Translations under genes and position numbers: made by a program
In this document: piece after piece, positions 8,897-16,635 of the stretch
How the letters are laid out: each line of letters starts with the position of its first letter
Numbering within the stretch: the first letter of the stretch is position 1
Virus record (IMG/VR): IMGVR_UViG_3300016472_000194
Coordinates: 1 to 24,173 of that record
Length of the DNA: 24,173 bases
Direction: 5' to 3' (one strand)
From: a virus
Lineage: Duplodnaviria > Caudoviricetes
The notes under the pieces: model-generated
Database searches by the model: none
What the model was told of the DNA's origin: nothing
The model's input: the letters and a program-made list of their open reading frames with translations, nothing else

Positions 8897-10291
8897 ATGG
8901 CGAGACGACAACGCACGATCGCGGCAAAGGCCGCTCCCGACAAGCTCGCCGAGGTCGGCGTCACCGGGCTCAAGCACTCCGGCGGGCTCATCCGCGAGGA
9001 GTACTTGCCAGAGCTGAAGGGCAAGAAGGCTATTGCGGTCTACCGCGAGATGGCGAACGACCCGGCCATCGCGCCGTGCCTTGGCGTGCTCAAGCAGCTC
9101 ATCCGCTCCGTGCCGATCACCGTGAAGGACGGCGCCGACGAGCTGCACGGCGCCTTCGTGCGCGAGTGCATTGATGACATGAGTCACACATGGGCCGATG
9201 CGCTGTCAGAGATCCTGACGTGCATGCAGTACGGGTGGAGCGCCGCCGAGATAGTCTACAAGCAGCGCAAGGGCGAGCAATCGAGCCCCGGCAAGAGCAG
9301 CCGTTTCACTGACGGTCGCATCGGCTGGCGCAAGCTCGCGCCTCGATCGCAGGAGAGCCGCGACAAGTGGATCTTCGACGACGAGGGCGGCGTGCAAGCG
9401 ATGGAGCAGGTAACCACCATGCCCTCGCATCGCGCTACGATACCGATTGAGAAGATGCTTCTTTTCCGGCTCGACTCCGACAAAGGCAGCCCAGAGCCTT
9501 CTCCGATCCTGCGCGGGGCTTACATGCCGTGGTTCTACGCCAAACGGCTCCGCATGTTCGAGGGCATCGGCATCGAGCGTGGGCTAGGTGGCATTCCGAA
9601 GATCGAGGCCCCCGCCGAGGTGCTGTCGCCGACGGCCACGGGCAACAACGCCACCATGCGTGACCAGCTCATCGAGATCGGCAAGAACATTCGCAGTGAC
9701 GAGCAGGCGTTCGTGGCTATCCCATCGAACCGCGACGCCAGCGGCAACAAGCTCTACGACATCTCGCTCATCACCACGTCAGGCGGGCGCGGCATCGACA
9801 TCGACACCGCTTTGTCGCGCTACCACCGCGACTGCGCGCTCACTCTTCTCTGCGACTTCATCCTGCTCGGGCATGAGAAGGTGGGGTCATTCGCCCTCGC
9901 CGACTCGAAGACTTCGGTCACCGCGCTCGCCATCGCCGGATGGCTCGACGCGATCCTTGCCGTGTTCAACCGCCACGCTATCCCGCGCCTCCTGCGGATG
10001 AACGGCTGGTCGGTGATCGACCCGCCAAAGCTCGTTCGCGGCGACGTCGAGTCGCCAAACCTTTCCGAGCTGGCAGCCTACATCGGTGCGCTGTCGGGCG
10101 CAGGCATGGCCCTATTCCCCGACCCCGAGCTTGAGGACACCTTGCGCCGCGCGGCGTCGTTGCCTACGGCTACGGGGAACGACGAGGTAGGCAAGCGGCG
10201 TGATTGGGCATCGCTGAACGCCATGCTTGGCGAGCGGCGAGAACTGGCACGGGCGATGAAGCGCGCCGAGAAGGAGATGACAGGTGAGTGA
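8897..10291 (+). CDS. Portal protein (Mu gp29/DUF935-like)
   Basis: GGAGG before ATG 8897 (alternative start 8891); YREM..D, YGWS..EIVY, IERG..GIP, GSFALA motifs; follows TerL. Confidence 0.9.
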   Translation: MARRQRTIAAKAAPDKLAEVGVTGLKHSGGLIREEYLPELKGKKAIAVYREMANDPAIAPCLGVLKQLIRSVPITVKDGADELHGAFVRECIDDMSHTWADALSEILTCMQYGWSAAEIVYKQRKGEQSSPGKSSRFTDGRIGWRKLAPRSQESRDKWIFDDEGGVQAMEQVTTMPSHRATIPIEKMLLFRLDSDKGSPEPSPILRGAYMPWFYAKRLRMFEGIGIERGLGGIPKIEAPAEVLSPTATGNNATMRDQLIEIGKNIRSDEQAFVAIPSNRDASGNKLYDISLITTSGGRGIDIDTALSRYHRDCALTLLCDFILLGHEKVGSFALADSKTSVTALAIAGWLDAILAVFNRHAIPRLLRMNGWSVIDPPKLVRGDVESPNLSELAAYIGALSGAGMALFPDPELEDTLRRAASLPTATGNDEVGKRRDWASLNAMLGERRELARAMKRAEKEMTGE

Positions 10292-10499
10292 CAAGGAACG
10301 AATGCTGGCGATGCTCGACCGGGTGCGCGCCGAGATCGAGGCTGGCCGGGTGGCGCAGCTGGCTGTGACCATCGTCACCCCCGACGGCGGCACACTGCAA
10401 GCGCACTACTCCGGCGATCACTCGCCGCTGACGCTCATCGGCGCGCTGTACGAGAGCGCCATGGGCCTACGCGACGTCGCCATCGTTCCGAAGGGATGA
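10284..10499 (+). CDS. Hypothetical protein, 71 aa
   Basis: AAGGAG RBS, GTG start, overlaps both neighbours. Confidence 0.65.
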   Translation: MSDKERMLAMLDRVRAEIEAGRVAQLAVTIVTPDGGTLQAHYSGDHSPLTLIGALYESAMGLRDVAIVPKG

Positions 10500-11377
10500 T
10501 GCTGGAAGCCAAGCGCAAGCCGACGGCGCGCGAGTGGCGCCAGCTTCGGCGCATCGTGACGCGCCTGGAGCCGCCGATGCTCCGGGGCTTCCTGCGTTTT
10601 CTGAATGCCATTCGCTCCGACTTGTCGTCGGCTGACCTACTCGGGGCGATCGAGGACGGAAGCGCGGCGGGCCTGTTTCGCTCCACCGACTTCGAGCGCC
10701 TCGCCGACACAACTTTCCGCGCGACGATGGCCGAGCCGCTGCGCGAGGCATTCGCGGCGACCGGCGAGGTGTCCGCGCGCATGCTCCCCGGTGGCGCCGT
10801 GCTTGAGATCGATAACCCCCGCGCGGTCGAGTTCCTGCGGCGCCAGGGCGCGGCGCTCGTGACCAACATCACCGATTCGACGCGCGAGGCGATCCAGGCG
10901 GCGACGATTGCAGCGCGCGAAGCGGGCTTCTCGGCGCAGCGTGCGGCGCAGCTCATCCGGCCGTGCGTCGGGTTACTCGACACGCACGCGGTCGCGGTCG
11001 TCAACCGCGCGGCGCAGCTCACCGAAGCGGGCTTCACCGCTGCCGAGGTGGCGCGCGAGGCCGCGAGCTACGCCGGGAGGCTGACGCAGTACCGCGCTAT
11101 GATGATCGCCCGCACGGAGCCGCGCATCGCCGCTACGGCGGGCCAGCGTGAGGCGTGGGAGCAGGCAATCGACCGGGGCGTGTTCACTCGCGCCGAGCTG
11201 CGCCGGACGTGGATAGCGGTCGAAGACAACCCCGACCCGAATGACCCGTGCCCTCGGCTCGACAATCAAACGGTCGGGATGGACGAGCCGTTCGTCGACC
11301 CCGAGACGGGCGAAGAGTTCGACGCGCCGCCGGACCCTCACCCCCATTGCGTTTGTGCGCTGGAGGCCAGCTTCTGA
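10496..11377 (+). CDS. Minor head/morphogenesis protein (Mu gpF / SPP1 gp7-like)
   Basis: RAMMIARTE, W...D...CPRLDNQTV...F, terminal PHPHCVC. Confidence 0.88.
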   Translation: MMLEAKRKPTAREWRQLRRIVTRLEPPMLRGFLRFLNAIRSDLSSADLLGAIEDGSAAGLFRSTDFERLADTTFRATMAEPLREAFAATGEVSARMLPGGAVLEIDNPRAVEFLRRQGAALVTNITDSTREAIQAATIAAREAGFSAQRAAQLIRPCVGLLDTHAVAVVNRAAQLTEAGFTAAEVAREAASYAGRLTQYRAMMIARTEPRIAATAGQREAWEQAIDRGVFTRAELRRTWIAVEDNPDPNDPCPRLDNQTVGMDEPFVDPETGEEFDAPPDPHPHCVCALEASF

Positions 11378-11378
11378 G

Positions 11379-11552
11379 ATGAAACTACGACTTCGTTACG
11401 GCAAGGTCGAGATCGAGGCGGACGGTACGCCCGACGAGGTGCGGTCGTTTCTGCCGACCTTCGAGTCGTTGGCCGTCGCCCGCGTTGCGCTGGAGCGGCG
11501 CATTGCTGACGCGACGCTTGACGACATGCGGCGTGGGCCGACGGTCCACTAA
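11379..11552 (+). CDS. Hypothetical protein, 57 aa
   Basis: ATG 1 nt after the upstream stop; MKLRLRYGKVEIEADGTPDEV. Confidence 0.6.
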   Translation: MKLRLRYGKVEIEADGTPDEVRSFLPTFESLAVARVALERRIADATLDDMRRGPTVH

Positions 11553-11554
11553 CA

Positions 11555-11749
11555 GTGCTCGACCTGGGCGACCATTCGATAGCGCGCACCGGCGCGCTCT
11601 GGCGGTGTTGCTACTGCGGCAAGCAATCGCCCGATCCCGACGACTTCTGGGAGGTGGACTGTGGCGGAACGCACGGAAGCGTTGAAATCCCTGATCGACA
11701 AGCACTCTCGCGCCATCGAGGGCGCGACGGTCGTGCGACTGCAAGCTGA
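11555..11749 (+). CDS. Possible small Cys-containing protein
   Basis: WRCCYCGK...C motif fills the gap, but there is no RBS and it overlaps the next ORF by 89 nt. Confidence 0.3.
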   Translation: MLDLGDHSIARTGALWRCCYCGKQSPDPDDFWEVDCGGTHGSVEIPDRQALSRHRGRDGRATAS

Positions 11750-11843
11750 CATCTCCGGTGGCTCGATCCACCTTCGCGTGATCCACGAGCCGCCGCGCCC
11801 GGCGGTCGACACGCGAACGTCCGTAAATCGCCTCTCTTCATAA
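11661..11843 (+). CDS. Hypothetical protein, 60 aa
   Basis: GGAGG before the GTG; stop abuts motif copy 2. Confidence 0.55.
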   Translation: MAERTEALKSLIDKHSRAIEGATVVRLQADISGGSIHLRVIHEPPRPAVDTRTSVNRLSS

Positions 11844-11881
11844 TTGCTAAATTGCTCGCCGTATCGTTCTGCGATATGGCG
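11843..11881 (+). promoter_or_regulatory. Motif ATTGCTAAATTGC plus 10-bp inverted repeat (copy 2); candidate late promoter for the capsid operon
   Basis: 13-mer identical to 5988-6000; CGCCGTATCG (11857-11866) / CGATATGGCG (11872-11881); TTGCTC-N17-TATGGC spacing. Confidence 0.6.
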
Positions 11882-11964
11882 CGCGATAGCAAGCGTCAAT
11901 CCCTTTCGGGGGACGGCGCCAGGTTAACCGCCTGGGCCGTCGTGCGCTCGGGCCAGGAGTCCGA

Positions 11965-12399
11965 GTGCAAGACGAGCGCGTCACCGCCGAAATCTGCAAG
12001 GTCGATGCCGACAGCCGCCGTGTCTACGGCTGGGCGCACGTCGCCCGCAAGGCTGACGGCTCCCTGCCACACGACTCACAGGGCGACGTCATTGACACCC
12101 CCGAGGCCCTCAAGGCCTGGGAAAACGCCTTTTACGACTTCATCCCGAAGGCTGCCACGGCGGACGACATGCACGTCGAGTTCGACGTGGCGAAGATCGT
12201 CGGCGGGCTCGCGTTCACGCCCGACGTGACCAAGGCCCTCGGCATCCCCGACGGCACCCTTCAGACAGGTTATTTCATCGTCGTCGAGGTTCCGCGCACC
12301 CCGCGCGGAGATCAACTGTGGGACGACATCACCACGGGCAAGCGGCGAATGTTCTCGATCGTCGCGGCCGTCGAGCGCGAGGAAATCGCCGATGTCTAA
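11965..12399 (+). CDS. XkdF-like prohead (maturation) serine protease domain
   Basis: RRVYGWA, DSQGDVI, DDMH, LWDDI..GK..MFSI motifs; AGGAG RBS and GTG start. Confidence 0.82.
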   Translation: MQDERVTAEICKVDADSRRVYGWAHVARKADGSLPHDSQGDVIDTPEALKAWENAFYDFIPKAATADDMHVEFDVAKIVGGLAFTPDVTKALGIPDGTLQTGYFIVVEVPRTPRGDQLWDDITTGKRRMFSIVAAVEREEIADV

Positions 12400-13540
12400 G
12401 ACGCGGCTTTTCATCCGCCAGCTCAAGAGCGTCGGCTTCGTCGATGCCGGGGCGTGCGAGGGGTCGGAAATCTTGCTGGCAAAGCGGCGCGACGAAGAAG
12501 TCACTAAGGCCGTGCCTACCGCCGAGATGGCGCAGGTTGCCGAGCGTGCCTTGAAGTGGCGCCAGGAGTACGGGCGCGGCGGCACCGAAGTTGGCGTTGC
12601 TCGTGCCCGTGACATCTCTAACCGCCGCGACCTGAGCCCGGAAACCATCGGGCGCATGGTCAACTTCTTCTCGCGGCACGAGTCCGCATCGAAGGGCGCC
12701 GAGGGCTTCCGCGAGGGCGAACCAGGCTTTCCCTCGCCCGGCCGTATCGCCTGGGATCTGTGGGGCGGAGACCCTGGCGCAGAATGGGCCGCCCGCGAGC
12801 TTGAGCGCATCCGCGCCGAGAAGATCGCCGCAATCGAAGAACTCGCCAAGGCCGGTCGCAAGATGGCCGGGCCGCGACTCACCAAGCTCCGCGAAATTGT
12901 CACTCAACTAAGTGCGCTCCTGTCCGAAGTCGACGACGAGTCGGCCGACGACGGCAGCAGCGATGGAGGTTCTATGTCCAAGCAAGCCGACGCCCAGGGC
13001 ACCAAGCCCGAGGCACAGCCCGGCGAAGACGCTGCCGCCAAGAGCGCTGCCGAAATCGCCGCAACCCACGAGACGCAAAAGCGCCTCGAAGTCGCCGAGA
13101 AGCAACTCGCCGAGGCCAACCTCGCGTTGGAAGCGGTGAACAAGCGAGTCGCCGAAGCCGAGGAAACCGCCAAGGCCGAGCGCGACGCGCGCCTGACCGC
13201 CGAGTGGATCGAGAAGGCCAAGCCTCTCGCCGCTGGTCTGCCGATCGACGCGCCCACGCTAGGCGTGATCCTGAAGCGCGCCGAGGCGAACGCCCTCACC
13301 GACGCCGACCGCGCCGAGCTGGTGCGAGTGCTGAAGGCCGCGAGCGAGGCTGTCGCCGCCGGAAAGCTGTTCGCCGAGATCGGCAAGACCGACCAGTCGA
13401 CGGGCAGCGCGGCCGAGCAAATCGCGGCTCTCGCGGTCGAGTACGCCAGCAAGAACGGCGTCAGCGCGGCCGTCGCCCGTAACGAGATCCGCAAGTCAAA
13501 TCCCGAGCTGGCCGCCCGTGAGCGCGCCGAGCGCAAGTAA
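12392..13540 (+). CDS. Capsid scaffolding protein with an N-terminal protease-type strand and an inserted conserved domain
   Basis: N-terminal LKSVGFVDAGA, central GRGGTEVG...IAWDLWGGD domain, Ala/Glu/Lys coiled-coil C-terminal half; lies between the protease and capsid genes. Confidence 0.72.
   Translation: MSKTRLFIRQLKSVGFVDAGACEGSEILLAKRRDEEVTKAVPTAEMAQVAERALKWRQEYGRGGTEVGVARARDISNRRDLSPETIGRMVNFFSRHESASKGAEGFREGEPGFPSPGRIAWDLWGGDPGAEWAARELERIRAEKIAAIEELAKAGRKMAGPRLTKLREIVTQLSALLSEVDDESADDGSSDGGSMSKQADAQGTKPEAQPGEDAAAKSAAEIAATHETQKRLEVAEKQLAEANLALEAVNKRVAEAEETAKAERDARLTAEWIEKAKPLAAGLPIDAPTLGVILKRAEANALTDADRAELVRVLKAASEAVAAGKLFAEIGKTDQSTGSAAEQIAALAVEYASKNGVSAAVARNEIRKSNPELAARERAERK
12974..13540 (+). 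CDS. Nested in-frame scaffold isoform (188 aa)
   Basis: Internal GGAGGT-TCT-ATG at 12965-12976, in frame, placed just before the coiled coil. Confidence 0.6.
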   Translation: MSKQADAQGTKPEAQPGEDAAAKSAAEIAATHETQKRLEVAEKQLAEANLALEAVNKRVAEAEETAKAERDARLTAEWIEKAKPLAAGLPIDAPTLGVILKRAEANALTDADRAELVRVLKAASEAVAAGKLFAEIGKTDQSTGSAAEQIAALAVEYASKNGVSAAVARNEIRKSNPELAARERAERK

Positions 13541-13551
13541 GGAGGTCACGG

Positions 13552-13950
13552 ATGGCATACCAGGGAGAACAAGTCGTCCCCGCTGGCATCGTCGCTGGCG
13601 AGGATCTGAGCGCGTCCACGGCTCAGTTCAAGTTCGTCAAGCTGTCGGCAGCCAAGACGGTGGTGCTCTGCACCGGCGCCACTGACGTGCCTTTCGGCGT
13701 GTTGCAGAATCGCCCGGCTTCGGGAGCCTGCGCCGAAGTCTGCGTCATCGGCGTCACTAAGGTCCAGGGTGACGCGAACCTCGGCTACGGCAACCTGATC
13801 GGCACCAGCGCTGACGGTCAGGCCGACGCCAAGACGCCCGGCACCGACACCACGGAATATGTGGTCGGCGTGGTCATCGCCGACAACGCGGCAGCGGGTG
13901 GCCTTTGCACCGCCGTCGTCAACTGCGCCAGCCCGGCACGGGCCGCGTAA
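13552..13950 (+). CDS. Capsid decoration/cement protein (DUF2190-like)
   Basis: AGEDLS..QFKFVKL...GVLQNRP..G..AEV..IGVTKV...ADG.A pattern; GGAGG RBS; directly upstream of the major capsid gene. Confidence 0.82.
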   Translation: MAYQGEQVVPAGIVAGEDLSASTAQFKFVKLSAAKTVVLCTGATDVPFGVLQNRPASGACAEVCVIGVTKVQGDANLGYGNLIGTSADGQADAKTPGTDTTEYVVGVVIADNAAAGGLCTAVVNCASPARAA

Positions 13951-13965
13951 AGGAGGCACAAGACC

Positions 13966-14955
13966 ATGGCTCAGCCTGATCGCGCCCAATACATCGACAA
14001 CATCCAGGGCGACGTCGCCACCGCCTACTTCCAGAACGCCGCCAACTTCGTCGCACCGCAGGTGTTCCCGGTCGTGCCGGTCACGAAGCAGTCGGCCAAG
14101 TACTACGTCTTTTCGCGTGATGACTTCATGCGCGACGAGATGCAGGTGAGACCGAACGCCCAAGAGTCTGCCGGCGGCGGATTCTCGCTGTCGACCGACA
14201 GCTATAGCTGCGAGGTGTTCGCGCTGCATAAAGACGTGACCGCACGCGACCGCGCCAACTGGAACCTTCCCGGCCTGTCGCTCGACGACGCCACGACTCA
14301 GTGGCTTGTGCAAATGGCGTTGCAGCGGATGGAGCGCCAGTTCGCCAGCGACTACTTCACCACCGGCGTGTGGGGAACGGACCTCACCGGCACCACGTCG
14401 ACGACCTCTTCTACTCAGTTCATTCAGTGGGACCAGGGCGCCACGTCCGATCCGGTCTACGACATCGACCGTGGCAAGATCGCCATCAACGAGGCGACCG
14501 GCTTCACGCCGAACACCCTCGTCGTCGACATGCGCACCTACATGGCGCTGCGTCGGCATCCGCTCATCATCGACCGCGTCACCGGCGGCAGCACCTCGGC
14601 GAATCCGGCTGTCGTGAGCCGTCAGTCGATGGCGACCGTGTTTGAAGTCGAGCGGTTGCTGGTGGCGTCGTCTGCGAAGGCCACTAACGTCGAAGGCGAG
14701 ACCGTCGCCACGGCTTCGACGCTCGGGAAGAACGCGCTCCTTTGCTATGTCCCGTCGAGCCCGTCGCTCGTCGAGCCTTCCGCCGGTTACACGTTCATGT
14801 GGGACGCGGCCGGTTCGGGCTCGGACATCACCGTCTATTCGATCGACAACCCGCTCAAGGGTGCTGGCACGGTCCGCCAGGAGATCGAAATGGCCTGGGA
14901 CAACGAGGTCACTTCGAGCGTCCTCGGCTACTTCTTCTCCGGCACGGTGGCCTAA
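13966..14955 (+). CDS. Major capsid protein (HK97 fold, lambda gpE-like group)
   Basis: AGGAGG RBS; AY.Q...FVA..VFP.VPV.KQS.KYY, W.....SDP..DI, PNTLV, L.RHP, PSAGYTF motifs; 329 aa. Confidence 0.92.
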   Translation: MAQPDRAQYIDNIQGDVATAYFQNAANFVAPQVFPVVPVTKQSAKYYVFSRDDFMRDEMQVRPNAQESAGGGFSLSTDSYSCEVFALHKDVTARDRANWNLPGLSLDDATTQWLVQMALQRMERQFASDYFTTGVWGTDLTGTTSTTSSTQFIQWDQGATSDPVYDIDRGKIAINEATGFTPNTLVVDMRTYMALRRHPLIIDRVTGGSTSANPAVVSRQSMATVFEVERLLVASSAKATNVEGETVATASTLGKNALLCYVPSSPSLVEPSAGYTFMWDAAGSGSDITVYSIDNPLKGAGTVRQEIEMAWDNEVTSSVLGYFFSGTVA

Positions 14956-15245
14956 TGTCCGTGCCTCTACCGGGCAAGTATCGCGTCGTCCGCCGCTCAC
15001 GCGGCGTGCGCGCCGCTGTTGGGGAGGTGGTCGACTCGTCGGCCATCTCCCCCCAGCTCTTGCTCGCCCTCGTTCGGACTCGCGTGCTCGTTCGCGTCGC
15101 CGGCGAGCCCGCACCGGCGCCGCAGCCGGAATCCATGGCCGTCGTCGAGCCAGCACCCGAGCCGACGCCGCCGCCTACGCCAGATCAAACATTCGCGCCG
15201 TCGTCTGCCCCGAAGCCGTGGCAGCCCAAGAAAGGCAAGAAGTGA
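14955..15245 (+). CDS. Small post-capsid protein with a Pro-rich, basic tail
   Basis: TAATG overlap with the capsid stop; 96 aa; occupies the typical slot for packaging/head accessory proteins. Confidence 0.65.
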   Translation: MSVPLPGKYRVVRRSRGVRAAVGEVVDSSAISPQLLLALVRTRVLVRVAGEPAPAPQPESMAVVEPAPEPTPPPTPDQTFAPSSAPKPWQPKKGKK

Positions 15246-15748
15246 TGAGACACCTACTGCTCGCCCTCCTCCTGCTCGTCGGCTGCGCCGATGTGGCGAC
15301 GGCACAACAGCGAAAGCTGACAGGCTCGCGCTACTTCGACACGTTGACCGGGACGACCATCACCGCGACGACGGCGACGGCGACGACGGCAACGGTCGCT
15401 CACCAGCGATTTACCAACAACGCATCCCTCACGGCGGCAGACGTCAACTTGACGGCGGCGCAGATCCAGGCTGCATCGGTGTTCCCGGTGTCGACCACGG
15501 CAAACGCGGTTGACGTCGACTTTGGCGACGATGCGGCGCTATCCGCGTCCGACGTCGGCAGCCGCAAAACGTTCATTGTCACCGCTGGCGGCACGAACGC
15601 GCTGACCGTCACCGCCGGTGCGTCCGGTGTGACGACGGTCACGACTCTGAACACGCTCGGCACGACATGCGAGGACGTGGGCGACGTCGTTGAGTGCATC
15701 GTCACCAGTACCACGACTGCAACCTGCGTGCGCACTTGCGCGGACTAA
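15245..15748 (+). CDS. Head-module protein with a signal peptide/lipobox; putative head fibre or decoration
   Basis: TGATG overlap; MRHLLLALLLLVG|C lipobox or ATA|QQ SPase I site; Thr-rich stalk, then a small beta domain with four Cys. Confidence 0.7.
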   Translation: MRHLLLALLLLVGCADVATAQQRKLTGSRYFDTLTGTTITATTATATTATVAHQRFTNNASLTAADVNLTAAQIQAASVFPVSTTANAVDVDFGDDAALSASDVGSRKTFIVTAGGTNALTVTAGASGVTTVTTLNTLGTTCEDVGDVVECIVTSTTTATCVRTCAD

Positions 15749-15754
15749 GTCGCC

Positions 15755-16192
15755 ATGGGACGCAACGCCGCCGATAGCGCCTACGGGGCGCGCTCCCTGC
15801 TCGTCTCGACGACGATCACGACCGCCCTCACGGGCGAGACGTACACCGCCGTCGACCTCGGGCCGGGCGTGTCGTCGCTCCTGCTCGAAGCCGCGTTTAC
15901 CTATGGCTCGGGCGGCACTTCGGCGACCGCATGGGTGCAAACGCAGCTACCGTCCGGGCAATGGGTTGACGTCGCGTGCTTCGGCTTCACGACGGCTAGC
16001 GGTGTCAAGGTCGCCAACCTGAGCGCCCGCACGGCCGTCACTACGGTCTATGACGCGACGACCGCGCTCACGGCCAACACTACGAAAGACGGCATCCTCG
16101 GGGCTGGCAGCTACCGCGTGAAGCTGACCACGGTCGGCACCTACGCTGGCAGCACCAGCATTGCCCTCTACGCCATCCCGCGAGGTCACTGA
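15755..16192 (+). CDS. Beta-rich hypothetical structural protein
   Basis: 145 aa, Thr/Gly-rich, WVQT...G.W.D and YRVKLT..GT pattern, as in jelly-roll virion proteins. Confidence 0.65.
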   Translation: MGRNAADSAYGARSLLVSTTITTALTGETYTAVDLGPGVSSLLLEAAFTYGSGGTSATAWVQTQLPSGQWVDVACFGFTTASGVKVANLSARTAVTTVYDATTALTANTTKDGILGAGSYRVKLTTVGTYAGSTSIALYAIPRGH

Positions 16193-16635
16193 TGGCGATC
16201 GACCGGCCGGGGCACTGGACCTATACCGGCGACCCGACCGCGTCGTCGAAGGACGCTGTGCGCGTCCTATGCGGCGACATCGACGACACTGACCCGCAGG
16301 TCACGGACGAAGAAATCGCCTTCTGGCTCGCCGAGGAAGGCAACTCCTACAGCGCCGCCGCTGCCGTTTGTGAGCACCTCGCCGCACGGTGGGCGCGCGA
16401 GGCGTCACGCTCCATTTCGGTCGGCGGCGGCACGTCCACCTCGATCAACCTTTCCGACCGTGCGCGGGCCTACGAAACCAAGGCCGCCAAGCTGCGACTG
16501 CGCGCCGCGACCTCGGCGGGGATGGTCTACGCGGGCGGCATCTCGATCGCCGACAAGGAAGACAACGAGGCCAACACCGACCGAGTTCAGCCGTCGTTCC
16601 GCCACGGCATGTTCGACAACCCCGACGCCGCATGA
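16192..16635 (+). CDS. Head-tail adaptor (connector) protein
   Basis: WTYTGDP...DAVR.L.GD.D......TDEEI...L...AAA...LAA, and F..GMFDNP C-terminus. Confidence 0.82.
   Translation: MAIDRPGHWTYTGDPTASSKDAVRVLCGDIDDTDPQVTDEEIAFWLAEEGNSYSAAAAVCEHLAARWAREASRSISVGGGTSTSINLSDRARAYETKAAKLRLRAATSAGMVYAGGISIADKEDNEANTDRVQPSFRHGMFDNPDAA

Noticed and set aside
13546-15156. 536-aa minus-strand ORF and other long antisense ORFs (7851-8927, 20808-21866, 23122-24126)
   Set aside because: Antisense to well-supported genes, no recognisable motifs, and expected in high-GC DNA
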